This document shows positions 36,925 through 50,875 of a stretch of DNA of 64,000 bases, one piece after another. The number at the start of each line of letters is the position of its first letter. Within the stretch, counting starts at the first letter, position 1. The stretch is from Octopus sinensis. Taxonomy: Eukaryota. The notes under the pieces were generated by a model. The model searched no databases. It was given only the letters and a program-made list of their open reading frames with translations, and was not told where the DNA came from. Location of the stretch: positions 8,556,001 to 8,620,000 of the forward strand of contig NC_043004.1 of NCBI RefSeq assembly GCF_006345805.1, in the 5' to 3' direction. Position numbers and translations under genes: made by a program.

Positions 36925-38140
36925 CCAACTAGCGTAGTCAGGAATCGTACAACATGGCCCACTGGAAGAGAGAGTTATTGTTTATGGAGAAATATCCTGG
37001 TGTAGAAGGTTTGCCCGGGATTTTTTGAAGGAATGTGTCCAAAGACTTCTTGAACTTTATGGGGTCTGTTTCTGCTTTAATGTGTTTGGGTAATGCTAAA
37101 GAGAGAGGGGACCATTGAGGTGAAATAAATGTGCCGCATTGTTGTTATGTGACGCGAGTATGATTTATGTCGTGGGCGGATAGTACAGGGTCCAAGTCTT
37201 GGGCGTGTCTTAAACGCGATGCCAATATCATTTGGCTGATGCTAATGGAATATTTTCCACATCATGCAGATGATGTAGCGGTCATGGTGGCGTTGGAAGG
37301 AATAAAGCTTGAGCTTTTCTAGTCAACGTCAATAGTCAAGGCTGTCATGCCATCTATCTTTTTTGTAATTGACCCCTGTACTGCCGCAACTTTCATGATA
37401 CTTTATTTCATGTGAGGAGACCACAATGGACAACAGTATTCAAGGTGAGGTCGGGAAAAAGTAGAGAAGAGAAGGATAATAGTGTTGATATCTCTCGACT
37501 GGAAAGTTCTGAGAATCCAGGAACACATTCTGCGGGCCATGTCAACTTTGCAGTTTATACGAGCGGCCCAGCTAATGTTGTAGTCCACAATTACTACCAA
37601 GTCTCTGATGTTGTTGGATGCCATGAGAGTTTCACCTGAAGAAAGGGAGTATGGAAGTTTCGGGGTATCCTCTTTTTCGAAGTGGATCAACTGAAATTTG
37701 TCCTCGTTCAGCAGCAGATTATTCTTTCCCGCTCATTGGATGATAGCCAGTAGATCGGACTGAATGCATGTTCAGTCACCCATTTCATTGATGACCTTTT
37801 CGATTTTGGAATCATCTGCAAAGATTCTTATGTTGCTGTGCTTGATGATGTCAATGATATCATTGATGAAAAGATGTGGGACAACATAATGCCTTGTGAA
37901 ACACCACTATTGATTTTGGCTGGGTTTGACAACAACGTGGTGGGTTCTGTCTCCCAGAAAACACTCGATCCATTGTAGTAACTTTCCAGAGACACCAATG
38001 CTGGATAGTTTTTTTCAAGAGAATCTTATGATCAATCCTGTCAAAGGCCTTGGTGAAATCAATTTAGATGACATCGGTGTTAGAGCCCTCTCCCAAAGCT
38101 CTCAAAATGTCGTCAAGATGATGCAGAAGTTGCGTTGAAC
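36925..38140 (-). mobile_element. CR1-group LINE RT/3' fragment
   Basis: FADDSKI motif, and CSWILRTFQSRD...RPHLEYCCPLWSPH. Many stops. Confidence 0.88.
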
Positions 38141-38151
38141 AGTTCCTTCCA

Positions 38152-38273
<122 letters not shown>

Positions 38274-38600
38274 AGATAGCATGCCCAGCAAGCAACAAAC
38301 TTGTGGGGTGGGATGGGAAAGATGTTCTTGGTTTCGGTGTCCAAGCTGCAGAAACCAGAGTTCTATTGAGGTTCACCATATATATTTATATATTTGTATA
38401 TAGATAGATAGATAGATAGATAGATATACATATATATATATATATACACATTACATTTATGTATGTATATACGTATGTGTGCGTCCTGTGTGTATGTGTG
38501 TGTGCGTATGTGTATGAGCGTGTGTATGTAAGAGTATGCATATGTGTGCATGTTATCTGTCTTCCTACAAGCTGTAAGGTCTTAGGCTGCTGTTGCTGCT

Positions 38601-38642
<42 letters not shown>

Positions 38643-39464
38643 AAATTGTGGTAATGACCTTAATGATGATGATTCTAATTCCGATAAGGCTACTGCTGAT
38701 GTTGGCGATAACAGAGCCATTACTGTTGTTGATATGATGAAGAGGAGGAAGAAGAGGAAAAGGACGGGAAAAGGGCGGGAGGCGGGGGAGGAGGAATCTC
38801 AATGATGCTGTTGATTATGATGAATGCGATAATAATGATGGTATTGCGATAGTGATGCTGATGTTGTTGTTGTTGTTGTTGTTAATGATGGTGGTGGTTG
38901 TAGTGGTTGTAGTAATAGTGGAATGGTGATGGTGTTGGTGTTGGTATTGATGATGGTAACGATGAAAATGATAATGATAATGATAATAATAATGACGATG
39001 ATGATGCTAACAATGATGATGATGATGATAACGGTGATGGTGGTGGCGGTGTTGATGAGGATGATGGCGATATGAAATGTTTCGAAGCGAGAAGCAAGTG
39101 TTCTTTTACGCACGTGAACACACACACACACACACGCAAACACACGCACACACACAGAAATTCACAAACACACACACACACACACAAACCACGACCTCAC
39201 AGACACACATAAACACAGTTACACACAGACGTACACACATACGCATACACACATGCGAATACAAGCATATAACCACGGACACACACACACACACACACAC
39301 AAGTCAACAGATACACACACCCCCACAGCCCCGTTGATCATAAATGACAACCCTTATCGCTCATCCATCTCTCCTCACCTCAAAACATAAAATCTATGAT
39401 TTACTTATTTACTTTGTTTATTCCTGTATATTCCTTTCCACTTGGGTGTGTGTATGTGTGTGTG

Positions 39465-39497
<33 letters not shown>

Positions 39498-39987
39498 TGT
39501 TTGGAGAGAATAAGTTTGTCTGTAAATGATTGTACGCGTGACTGAATATCTATGCGCGCGTGTTGGTGCGCAGGCCTGAGTAAATCAACTCGTAGTTGCT
39601 CGTAAGTATTGTGTATACGTGTGTACCTGTGTGTGTATGTGTGCATGTGTGTGTATGTGTGCATGCGTAAGTGTGTGTGTGTGTGTGTTGTGTGTGCGCG
39701 CGTGCCTGTCCCTGTCTATCCCTGTCTGTGTATATGTATATGTGTATATGTATGTTCGTGAACGTCAATGGTTATGTGTATATAATATATATATATTATT
39801 CAAAGGAATTCCAACTCTGTTTTTTATGTTATATTTATATTCTTTATAATATTAATGTAGAATATGGAATATAAAGTATAAATAGTATATATATAGTAAA
39901 AATGAAATTAAGTATTGGTTGTCTTATTGAATAGATGAAATATTGAATATCAAATATTAAGGGACTAGTATACTTTCTTGCATTAAA

Positions 39988-40059
39988 GCAGTCTTCAAGG
40001 TCCCAGGTTGTGCCAGGAATTGGAACACTCCTGTCACACCCTGGGACCTTGAAGACTGC
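39988..40059. repeat. 31-bp stem / 10-nt loop hairpin
   Basis: GCAGTCTTCAAGGTCCCAGGTTGTGCCAGGA versus TCCTGTCACACCCTGGGACCTTGAAGACTGC; 2 mismatches. Confidence 0.93.
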
Positions 40060-40084
40060 GCGCATAGATATTCAGTGCATGGCT

Positions 40085-40457
40085 GTCAGACATTTTCTGC
40101 GACCACATCACCCCTAACATCTGGCCACTTAACTACCCACACTGCAACCTCCTTGATTATTATGTGTGGGGCACAGTTGAGCGAGAGACCCCTTGTAACA
40201 TCAAAGATGAACTGAAGGCAAGGATTACGGCAGTATTCACCAACTTAAACAAGGAGACTGTCGAGAAGAATTGCAGGAGATTCCGAAGTTGTCTTGAGGC
40301 TGTGGTTGGAGTCAATGGCGATTTATTGAATAAATTTAATCTTTAGTATTTCAAGATATTTTTACGTAATTTTAGTAACTATATCTGTTAAAATGAGCTG
40401 TCAGTGTTATTTTCATTTTTGAGTAATTTAGCCGACAGTTTATTCACTGCACCCTGT
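40085..40457 (+). mobile_element. IS630-Tc1-mariner (maT/DD37D-like) transposon 3' fragment
   Basis: ITPNIWPLNYPHCNLLDYYVWGTVERE...KDELKARI...CRRFRSCLEAVV, ending at TIR-like CACCCTG(TG)TA. Confidence 0.75.
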
Positions 40458-40458
40458 G

Positions 40459-40537
<79 letters not shown>

Positions 40538-41427
40538 ATTCGTTTTAACTCAGTAAGTTTTCATACAATAACGTTTTCTACCAGTGTGCGTATATATGTG
40601 TGTATGTATGTATACACATACATACATACATATGTATGTATATATGTGTGTATGTATGTATACACATACATACATACATACATATGTATGTAGACACCCT
40701 CACATACACTCATATATATACACACATATATATGCATACATATGTACATATTTTCCCGTCATTAGATTGTGGCCATTCTGGAGCATCGCTTTGTACTGAG
40801 GCTTTTCACACACACACACACATACACACACACACACAGATATATATATAAAATTATCCTTTGTGTGCGTTTTAATTGCCATGCTCATATACACCTAAAT
40901 ATACTCCATGCGTCTACATACACACGACAACCAGTCATAAATTAACCTTGCAATAATAATTTCTCACACGGACAGAAAGTCATAAATCCGTCTATATTCA
41001 GGGAGACCGTTGATGAAATCGAACTCAATAACTGGCGAAGCGCATTGTAATCCCATCCTTGGTTATATTTCAGATCAGCACATGAAACTCCTGAATTTAA
41101 AATATGGAAAAGTATTTAGTCCTGTATTCTATTATTTCTGCAACTCCACCCTTTCCAAATACAATGAAAAGCTTAAAAACAAACAAATATTCAATTTTTG
41201 TCGTATGAGTAACTTGACAAACAATAACCTCTGGAGGCAGATGCTTTCACATGACCTGTATATTTATATGTATATGTATGTGTATACATCTATGTATATA
41301 TATATATATATATAGGTTATATATGTGTGTGTGTGTATGAATGTATGTATATGTGTGCATGTATATATATATATATATATGTATATATAGGTTATATGTG
41401 TGTGTATGAATGTATGTATGTATATGC

Positions 41428-41484
<57 letters not shown>

Positions 41485-42964
41485 TACATGAGTATGTATA
41501 TATGTGTGTGCGTGTGTTTGTGAGTGTGTGTGCGTATGCATTGTAGAACAAAGTACATATGTTGATATGGTCACTGTCTTAACTAAGATATCGTCAGAAA
41601 TAGTTTCGTGATAGAGTTACAAAAGCCAATTAATCATGGAACGGTGGAGAAATAGTCTGACAGGGAAAAAACCTTCCTCGTCAAATATCACCAGAGAAAA
41701 TAGTTGCTACAGTAATTGTCTGAAAGTAATTTACACCTGGCTTCAGACAAGAATGATATCAGCACAAATCCACTAAACTATTAAACGTGAAGGGCACGTA
41801 AAGAAACATCAATGAATACCTATTTAATTAGTCATGCAATTGAAAGATAGTAACGTATGAAACATGTGTCAGTTCTTATGAATCGAACCATACTACTGAG
41901 CGTAAAAACATACGGTTGAATGTCTATTCGACCTCACTACCATCCTTCAGTTACGTTCGGCAAAAGGGACTGATGGAGACTAGGCTTTAAAAAATAAGTC
42001 CTGGGGTTAATTTGTTTGATTAAAACCTTCCAAGGGGGTGTCCCAGCATGGCCGCAGTCAAATGACTGAAACAAGTAAAAAAAAAAGTTAAAAATCGAAC
42101 GCTTGATAAAAACAAGCGACAACCGAAAATCTTGTTGACAAATACTAAGTTTGAACTGAGACAAGGATCAAAACTTTGCAGTAACTGGATGCAATGACAG
42201 TCACTGAAGCACACATATACACGTTGGTCCTTAAGACCAGAATGAAATACATACATGCAACTACTGTAAAAGAAATTTGATTTATTCTATAAAATACCCG
42301 GATTTTTAAGGAATATATAATAGCTAGGCTGGTTATTCCCTAACAGAATTTCCGCGAACGCAGCGGCCGTAAATTAAAGACCCTAATATTAGGTACTTCC
42401 CGTTAAGTAATTAAGAAATCATTTGGGAAAATACTATAAAAAATATTATTCTTGATATTTTCCTTTTATGCACTTCATGACCAGGGAAAGTTAAAAAGAG
42501 ATCGAGAGAACAGAAATTAAAATCCAGTTCTGAATGGACAGAAATAATTTAATGTGATTTGAACTAGATTTACTTCGAAAGTAGCATTCCCTCAAAAACT
42601 ATTACTATAAGTATTTTATTCATTCTCCCTCGTTAAGTATAAAACGACAACATCGAGTTAATGTTGCGAAGTAAGCATAAAACCTGAGGATTGTTGCAGA
42701 AATTGAAAGTACTTGTGAAAATACTAAAGCCAGAATTAAAATGTAAATATTTGGCTACGCACAAATTTCATTGACTAATATATGTGTATGTGCGAGAGTG
42801 TGCGTGCGTTTGCATGTAAATATGTATATATACATATGCGTATATGTGTGTATGTATTTATATGACATGTATATGTATAAATATATATATATGTATGCAT
42901 GTCTGTATGTATTATATATGTATGTATATATGCATGTCTGTCTGTCAGTCCATGTATTTGTCTG

Positions 42965-42997
<33 letters not shown>

Positions 42998-43439
42998 ATG
43001 TATGTATGTATGTATGTAGTATGTATGTATTGGTGAAGACATCGTTTGGTCAAACACGCCATTACTAATATTTCCATGATAAAATTTTAAACAAACGATC
43101 GATCATTGGGCGATCGAAAACAAATGACATTCCCAAAGTCACACTAATTCATATCACAACCGCCGCCTCCGCCGCCGCCGCCGCCGCCGCCGCCACTACT
43201 ATCAGTAACGACAAAGATTAAAGTTTTGTAAATCACTGCTGGAGAATCTCAGATGCAGATAGAACAATTGTTGTAATTATGAAAACCTTCTCATGGGGAA
43301 AGTTGGAGAAAACGACGTGATTTTATGACGATTTGCCGTCTGGAACAAAACATTGAAACAAAGTCGAAATGAGCAACAGCGTCTGCAGACGATCCTGGTT
43401 GTCGGAAGTCACTTGTAGCGTGGATATACACATTCCTTT

Positions 43440-44748
43440 CTGCTCTAGGCAGAAGGCCTGAAATTTAGATGGAGAAGGCCAGTCGATTAGATCGACACCA
43501 GTACGCAACTGGTACTTAATTTAACTACCACGAAAGGATAAAAGGCAAAGTCGACCTCAGCGGAATTTGAACTCAGAATGTAACGGCAGACGAAATACCT
43601 ATTTCTTTACTACCCACTAGGAGCTAAACACAGAGGAGAGAAACAAGGACAGACAAACGGATTAAATCGATTACATCGACCCCAGTGCGTAACTGGTACT
43701 TATTTAATCGACCCCGAAAGGATGAAGGGCAAAATCGACCTCGGCGGAATTTGAACTCAGAACGTAAAGACAGACGTAATACCTATTTCTTTACTGCCCA
43801 CAATGGGTTAAACACAGAGAGGACAAACAAAGACAGACAAACGGATTAAGTCAATTACATCAACTCCAGTGCGTAACTGGTACTTATTTAATCGACCCCG
43901 AAAGGATGAAAGGTAAAGTCAACCTCGGCGGAATTTGAACTCAGAACGTAGCGGCAGACGAAATACCTATTTCTTTACTACCCACTAGGAGCTAAACACA
44001 GAGGAGAGAAACAAGGACAGACAAACGGATTAAATCGATTACATCGACCCCAGTGCGTAACTGGTACTTATTTAATCGACCCCGAAAGGATGAAGGGCAA
44101 AATCGACCTCGGCGGAATTTGAACTCAGAACGTAAGACAGACGTAATACCTATTTCTTTACTGCCCACAATGGGTTAACACAGAGAGGACAAACAAAGAC
44201 AGACAAACGGATTAAGTCAATTACATCAACCCCAGTGCGTAACTGGTACTTATTAATCGACCCCGAAGAATGATGAAAAAGTCAACCTCGGCGGAATTTG
44301 AACTCAGAACGTAGCGGCAGACGAAATACCTATTTCTTTACTACCCACTAGGAGCTAAAAACACAGAGGAGAAACAAGGACAGACAAACGGATTAAATCG
44401 ATTACATCGACCCCAGTGCGTAACTGGTACTTATTTAATCGACCCCGAAAGGATGAAGGGCAAAATCGACCTCGGCGGAATTTGAACTCAGAACGTAAAG
44501 ACAGACGTAATACCTATTTCTTTACTGCCCACAATGGGTTAAACACAGAGAGGACAAACAAAGACAGACAAACGGATTAAGTCAATTACATCAACTCCAG
44601 TGCGTAACTGGTACTTATTTAATCGACCCCGAAAGGATGAAAGGTAAAGTCAACCTCGGCGGAATTTGAACTCAGAACGTAGCGGCAGACGAAATACGGC
44701 TACGCAGTTCGCCCGGCGTCCTGACGGTTCTGCCATCTCGCCGCCTTA
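43440..44748 (-). mobile_element. One SINE family A element whose 184-bp module is expanded to 7 copies in alternating A/B variants
   Basis: GAACTCAG at 43569, 43753, 43937, 44121, 44300, 44484 and 44668. A single head at about 44700-44748 and a single tail at about 43440. Confidence 0.93.
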
Positions 44749-47156
44749 CGTGCATATACATATTGCAAGCCTTACGCATGTGTTGATAATGGTGTACACA
44801 TTAATTACTTATATCAGTTTCTAGTTAGTTTCCAAACAAATAATTATAAATTATCAGTCTTTCTGCAGATACAAAATATTGGTCTTTGTTTCCTGATTGG
44901 ATTCCAATGATACAAAGAATATAATCAGAACTACCCTAAAATCCACAACATTTTCCGCTCTGTCAACAGAAAACTAAAGCCATTTGTTTACACCTGTCGT
45001 TTCAGTTGTTTGTGTCGTGCCATCCATCATCCGCCCTGGCTATGGAGTCTCGACGGCCACATTACAGAATCGTATAGAGTCCAACAATGTATTCAGGTCA
45101 TATTGTGATCTCTTAACTATATTCTGTCTGCCTAAAGATCCAAGTAACGGCTTCATCAGAGTAAGTAAAGCAGACGTAATCGGAAGACGATTCTTATACT
45201 TATTGTTTATGGTGTAAAACCAGCATAGAGTTAGGGACCACAAAGTTCATTAATGTTGCAATTATTTCTGAACCCTTTTTCAGTCATTATGTTCTGATAT
45301 TTGGATGCATATTGAGCAGAGGATATTACGTAAGACCAGTAGCTCAGTCGGGAAAGGTTTTAAGTCGTCTAATCAGGTTCACACTTGTTTGCATTCACGC
45401 AGCATGGCGTAGGGCCCATAATTTTTACTATAGGTTGCACTAAGACTTTCTCATACGTGTGTGTGTGTGTATGTGTGTGTGTGTGTGTATGTGTGTGTGT
45501 GTGTATGTGTGTGTGTGTGTGTATGTGTGTGTGTGTGTATGTGTGTGTGTTCATGCTTGGTATAACTAAGGAAAGTCACTTCCTTCAGGTTATTCCGTAC
45601 ATTCCTGTGTAAGACTATATATTTTATTATTAATCCTATTGAAATAAGACACCAATTTCGTCTTCTATTTCTTAAACCTGCATGCGTATACATTCATATA
45701 TACATATACATATATACATACATACATACAGACATACATACACACACACATATATTATATAATGTTATATCATATATATATATAATTGTCACCAGCGTAC
45801 ATGTTGCTTCACGTAGAAGAATCCTGTTCTTGCTTCATCTCCATCTCATGGTATTTGGAGTTACCGTTCTTTTGAATGTTCTTGTTATATATATATATAT
45901 ATATATATACACAATAAACATGCATGCATACATACATACATACATACATACATACATACATACATACATACATGTTATATCTGCTGGAACACACTTCCTG
46001 AAGGTTACCCCGTAAGCTCCTCGTCTGTATGTGTGCATATTTGAAAATGTCTATACTTGCGGTAACCTTACTGAAATAAGATAGGTTTTGATACTTTTTT
46101 TAATTTCTGGAACTGTTTATACTTAAATTAGCACTTTAGGTGGTTATTATTTTTGTACCGACCGTAACATTAATTCATGTTCACAGGGCATATATTTATC
46201 TGCATGTCTGTATTCAAAGCTTGACGTATCGGTGTACGTTGGGTATAATCTAAGATTATGTATACCATTCTTAATTAACATATGAAATGTTTCAACGACG
46301 AATGATATCCATTATTTCCGCTTTACACTGTTTATAATTTATACGAGGATATTTCTGTATTATTTCAGTCATTGTAGGTATTATTTCAACTACGGGAAAT
46401 CCTGACTGCTAGGCATGAGACATCTCTATTGAAGTACCCACCTTTCTTTTATTAATATCATGTGCCCATGTAGATAGTATGTATTTTAGTGACTTCTTGA
46501 AGATTTCAAACAGTCCAGCTTATCTTTTACCTTGGCTGTTGTAAGTAGTAACTATTTGGTTGGAAGAACTGCATGACTTTAGTTTAAGAAACACAATCAT
46601 TACATATGTGGGAAAAAATAAGTTCAAAAGAGAACAATTCAAACTGTTTGAAAGGTCCAAAAAAGGGAGAAAGAATGATTTCTAATAAAGAGCAAGAAAT
46701 AAGAATACAAAAATAGCAGCTGAAAAATATCGTTATAGGTATAAAAATACCATAAACAATTATATTGAATCCTATTTTGTATTAAATCTAATTTTGATTC
46801 AACATCTTTTTCTCCTCCATTTTTTTCTTCTATAATTGTTTATGGTAATCATTACATATATATATATGTCGGAGATGTCCTCGCCTGCCGAGTGATTTGG
46901 TTTTAGACCGTGTGTTGCAGTTGAAACAATTACGGCGTGCAACACATATGTCAGCCATTCAGAAATATAAAAAAAACTACTCAATTCACTGCAGAGGAAC
47001 AGTGTAATGACCAGGTCTCAGGAGGTGCGACGAAAATTTGATACCAAATAATAAATGTTTAGGGGAAGTTAATAGTTTTGTGCGTTTTTTTAACGATTGT
47101 GTGTTTTCCACGCTATAATTGCCATACATACATACATACATACATACATACATACA

Positions 47157-47189
<33 letters not shown>

Positions 47190-47261
47190 GCATACATACA
47201 TACATACATACATACATACATACATACACACATACATACACACACATACATGCATGCATAC

Positions 47262-47385
47262 AGGAGAATCTGGATTAACTGGGATTTTCAGAAAGAGAAA
47301 TCGACCGGCTAATTCGAACATTACAAGTGCAATCTGTGAGTGGAACAATAAAAGTATCCAAGACTTTTCTCAAGTTCCAAATGTG
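47262..47385 (+). mobile_element. R4-like LINE extreme 3' end
   Basis: LGFSEREIDRLIRTLQVQSVSGTIKVSKTFLKFQM*. Confidence 0.7.
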
Positions 47386-47548
47386 AATTTGTCTGTGTTA
47401 ATTGCATCCCAAATATGGAGCCTTGTATCTTTGTTGGAAACCGGTTCCCTCCTCAGTGGAAGATTTATGATAAATAAAAAATAGAAGAGACATACATACA
47501 TGTATACACACACACACACACACACACATACATACATACATACATACA

Positions 47549-47580
<32 letters not shown>

Positions 47581-47659
47581 CATACATACATACATACATA
47601 CATGTATATACACACACACACACATATCATACTTAAGGTAGATATATCGTTGAAAGCCT

Positions 47660-48460
47660 GTTAAACTGCGGTGTCCGTCTCAAGAAAAGTCATTTCTTCC
47701 AGATGTATAGTGTTAAAAACCAACAGAAATATATCAACAGTAGACGAAAGTCCTCCAGCAGCAGCAGAAGTTGCATTGCTATATACGTCTGTTCACTTCT
47801 TCGAGCTTCGTCTGTAGCAAAGGCAGCGAAATGGTAGAATTAACAGAGTTCTTCCAATCTTCCGCTTCTTCAATATATATCATGTAGAAAAACTGAAATT
47901 TATTTTGATAGTGATATTGTACATTTTAGTGTATCTTGTGTCCTTATTTTGCACATTTACACTAAATTACATTGTTTTCTTTTCCTGATTAATTCGGTCC
48001 ACTTCTTTATAGAAGATGAAAAGGAGAGAATATTTTTTGAGCAACTTTTAAGAGGTTTACTGCCTCTGAGTGATAACCTATTGCAGTATAATAACCAAGA
48101 TTTAATGGATTTCCGGTACAACGAATCCACATCAGACGTTTGTTTGTTTCTAGAATTTTGTGCTGCATTCCAATGTATTTACCAACCACTTTCGCTTCAT
48201 TATCACGACTGTCTTCAGAATTTACTGAAATCAACTTTACAAACATTACGAGTAAATTCATCATCAAATCCGTTATATTCTCTACGATTCTCCAAATTTA
48301 CCCAAGTTAAAAAACATTTCACAGACAAACCGTTCATAGGAGATGCGTATTTTACGATATAATTTAGAAGATCCATGTTGGAAAGACTTGATGTAGAGTC
48401 CCGAAATAGTATGTTTTTCCTCAAATCATCTAAAAACATTTGTGTCACTCTACTAAGCAT
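47660..48460 (-). pseudogene. Degraded intronless coding remnant with weak resemblance to the IRG/IIGP GTPase C-terminal region
   Basis: One frame with stops reads KKRKIGRTLLILP...TDVYSNATSAAAGGLSSTVDIFLLV; KVDFSKF lies upstream. No G1 P-loop is visible. Similarity judged by eye. Confidence 0.3.
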
Positions 48461-48512
48461 AAAGTTAATAAGTTAATCAATTATTGATTTAGAAAAATGT
48501 TGTATCGTAATT

Positions 48513-48901
48513 TGTTACGTACAATAAATAATATAACCAGACAACAGTAGAAATAATGTAACGAACTAACAAATCTCTACGAACTAACAACCAATATTCC
48601 TTGTGAACGAACCAACCGACATCTTCCGACTTCACTACGAACTAACACGAACTTCACTCGACTCCGAACTCTGCATCTGAACTCACACGGATCATTACTA
48701 TTTATATTTTACTCGGACCAGTCTATCTCTCGCAAGGGGGCGTCGTAACTCTCATCCCAACAATAAATGTGAGGAAGATACGGATCGTACGTCCTCATCT
48801 TGTTTTATGTGGTTCGAAATAAATTAAACAAATTCATTAATCAATTTTTGCAGGCCATTAATTTTAATGAGCGAGATACTTACCATTATTTTGGGATAAC
48901 A
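48513..48901 (-). mobile_element. Possible solo LTR
   Basis: TGTTA...TAACA termini, a TATAAATAG on the minus strand and repeated GAACT(A/C)AC motifs. The flanks TAATT and TACTC are a poor TSD and there is no PBS. Confidence 0.3.
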
Positions 48902-49719
48902 TACTCAAACTCTCATTTCTAGTTCAACTGTTCTGGTTTTATTTGCTCTGCCAGACTTGTTCTTAAGATTGAACTTCACTCTCTAGTCAAATATTTACTT
49001 AGAGTTAAATATGGCAATATCAGGTCGTAATGGTTTCCGGTCCCACGATATCACTTCTTTACACTTCACTTTTACACATTTTCACGTTTTCTCATTTTTG
49101 TTTCGCCCCTGAAGACTGCGAGGTTCCATGTCTTAAACCTGTTCACCTTGTGTCTCAATCCGACACTGAATCTTAGCGAGTAACTGTAAATGTATAAACG
49201 GCCAAAACATAGAGAACATATACAAACACTCCTAAAGCACAAACACAAATACACACTCACACACACAAATACACACTCACACACACAAATACACACTCAC
49301 TCACACACACATACACACACGCACACACACTCACCCGTACAACACACAAACAAACGCACACATGCTGATCTTCAAATATTTATAAATGCGATGCACGTGT
49401 GCCTTAACTCAAGGCTTTGTAGTTACGATAAAATGCGATATTTCTGTGACTGGTAACAATTTGGGCAACTCTATTGGAGGTGTTATTTCAGATCATCTTG
49501 ACATCACTTGAAACAGCGGGTGCATATTAACCGTCTGCGGATATATTATCTCAGCTAATACGTTGATTCAGTGCTCAGAAATACACACTTACACACTCAC
49601 ACACACACACACACACACACACAGAATAGATAGGAAAAATAAGAACGGGTTGAAAATGCAGCAGATGTGAATATATAACTATATATAAATAAAAATAATA
49701 AATACCCCCTTTTTTTAAA

Positions 49720-50080
<361 letters not shown>

Positions 50081-50104
50081 ATATAGTATATATATATATG
50101 TATA

Positions 50105-50183
<79 letters not shown>

Positions 50184-50454
50184 GTATGTTTATGTGTATA
50201 TGTATGCACATGCGCGCATATACACACACAGACATACTTAAACATATATATTTGAATTAAATAAGTTTTATTTCTTAACATACAAGGTAAATATTTCTAT
50301 TAAATATCTGTGGAAAAATAGGCTTTCATATAAATAATTTCATAGACTTTTACTGCAACAACACAAGTTTATGGTTTCTCATGGTCAGTTTGTGAATGCA
50401 ATGAAAATACTTATGTGGTATGGATCTCTTCCAGTTTTAGTTCTTAAGAATTTT

Positions 50455-50875
50455 AACAGGAGTGGTTGTGTGGTAAGTAGCTTGCTTACCAATCACATGG
50501 TTCCGGGTTCAGTCCCACTGCATGGCACCTTGGGCAAGTGTCTTCAACTATAACCCCGGCCGATTAAAGCCTTGTGAATGGATTTGAGAGACGGAAACGG
50601 AAAGACGCCTGTCGTATATATACATACATACATACATATATATATATATATTTATATATTTGTGTGTTATGTTTGTCCCGCCTCCCCCAACATCACTTGA
50701 CAACTGATGCTGGCGTGTTTATGTCCCCGTAATTTAGCGGTTCAGTAAAAGAGACCGATAGAATAAGTACTAGGCTTACAAAGAATAATTTCTTGGGATC
50801 GATTTGCTTGACTGAAGGTGATGCCCCAGTATGACCGCAGTCAAATGACTGAAACAAATAAAAGAATAAAAGAAT
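50455..50875 (+). mobile_element. Full-length SINE family B
   Basis: Collinear with 12550-12970. Confidence 0.9.

Noticed and set aside
43160-43193. (GCC)n tract as a possible poly-Ala/Pro coding segment or CpG-island promoter
   Set aside because: No surrounding open frame, splice sites or extended CpG island.
43440-44748. Regular array as a possible CRISPR
   Set aside because: There are no unique spacers, the units are 184-bp SINE modules, no cas genes are present and the context is eukaryotic.
47949-48362. 137-aa plus-strand ORF (EDEKERIFFEQLL...) with an acceptor at 48012
   Set aside because: No recognisable motif and no convincing donor. It may be the antisense shadow of the minus-strand remnant. 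Not excluded, but unsupported.
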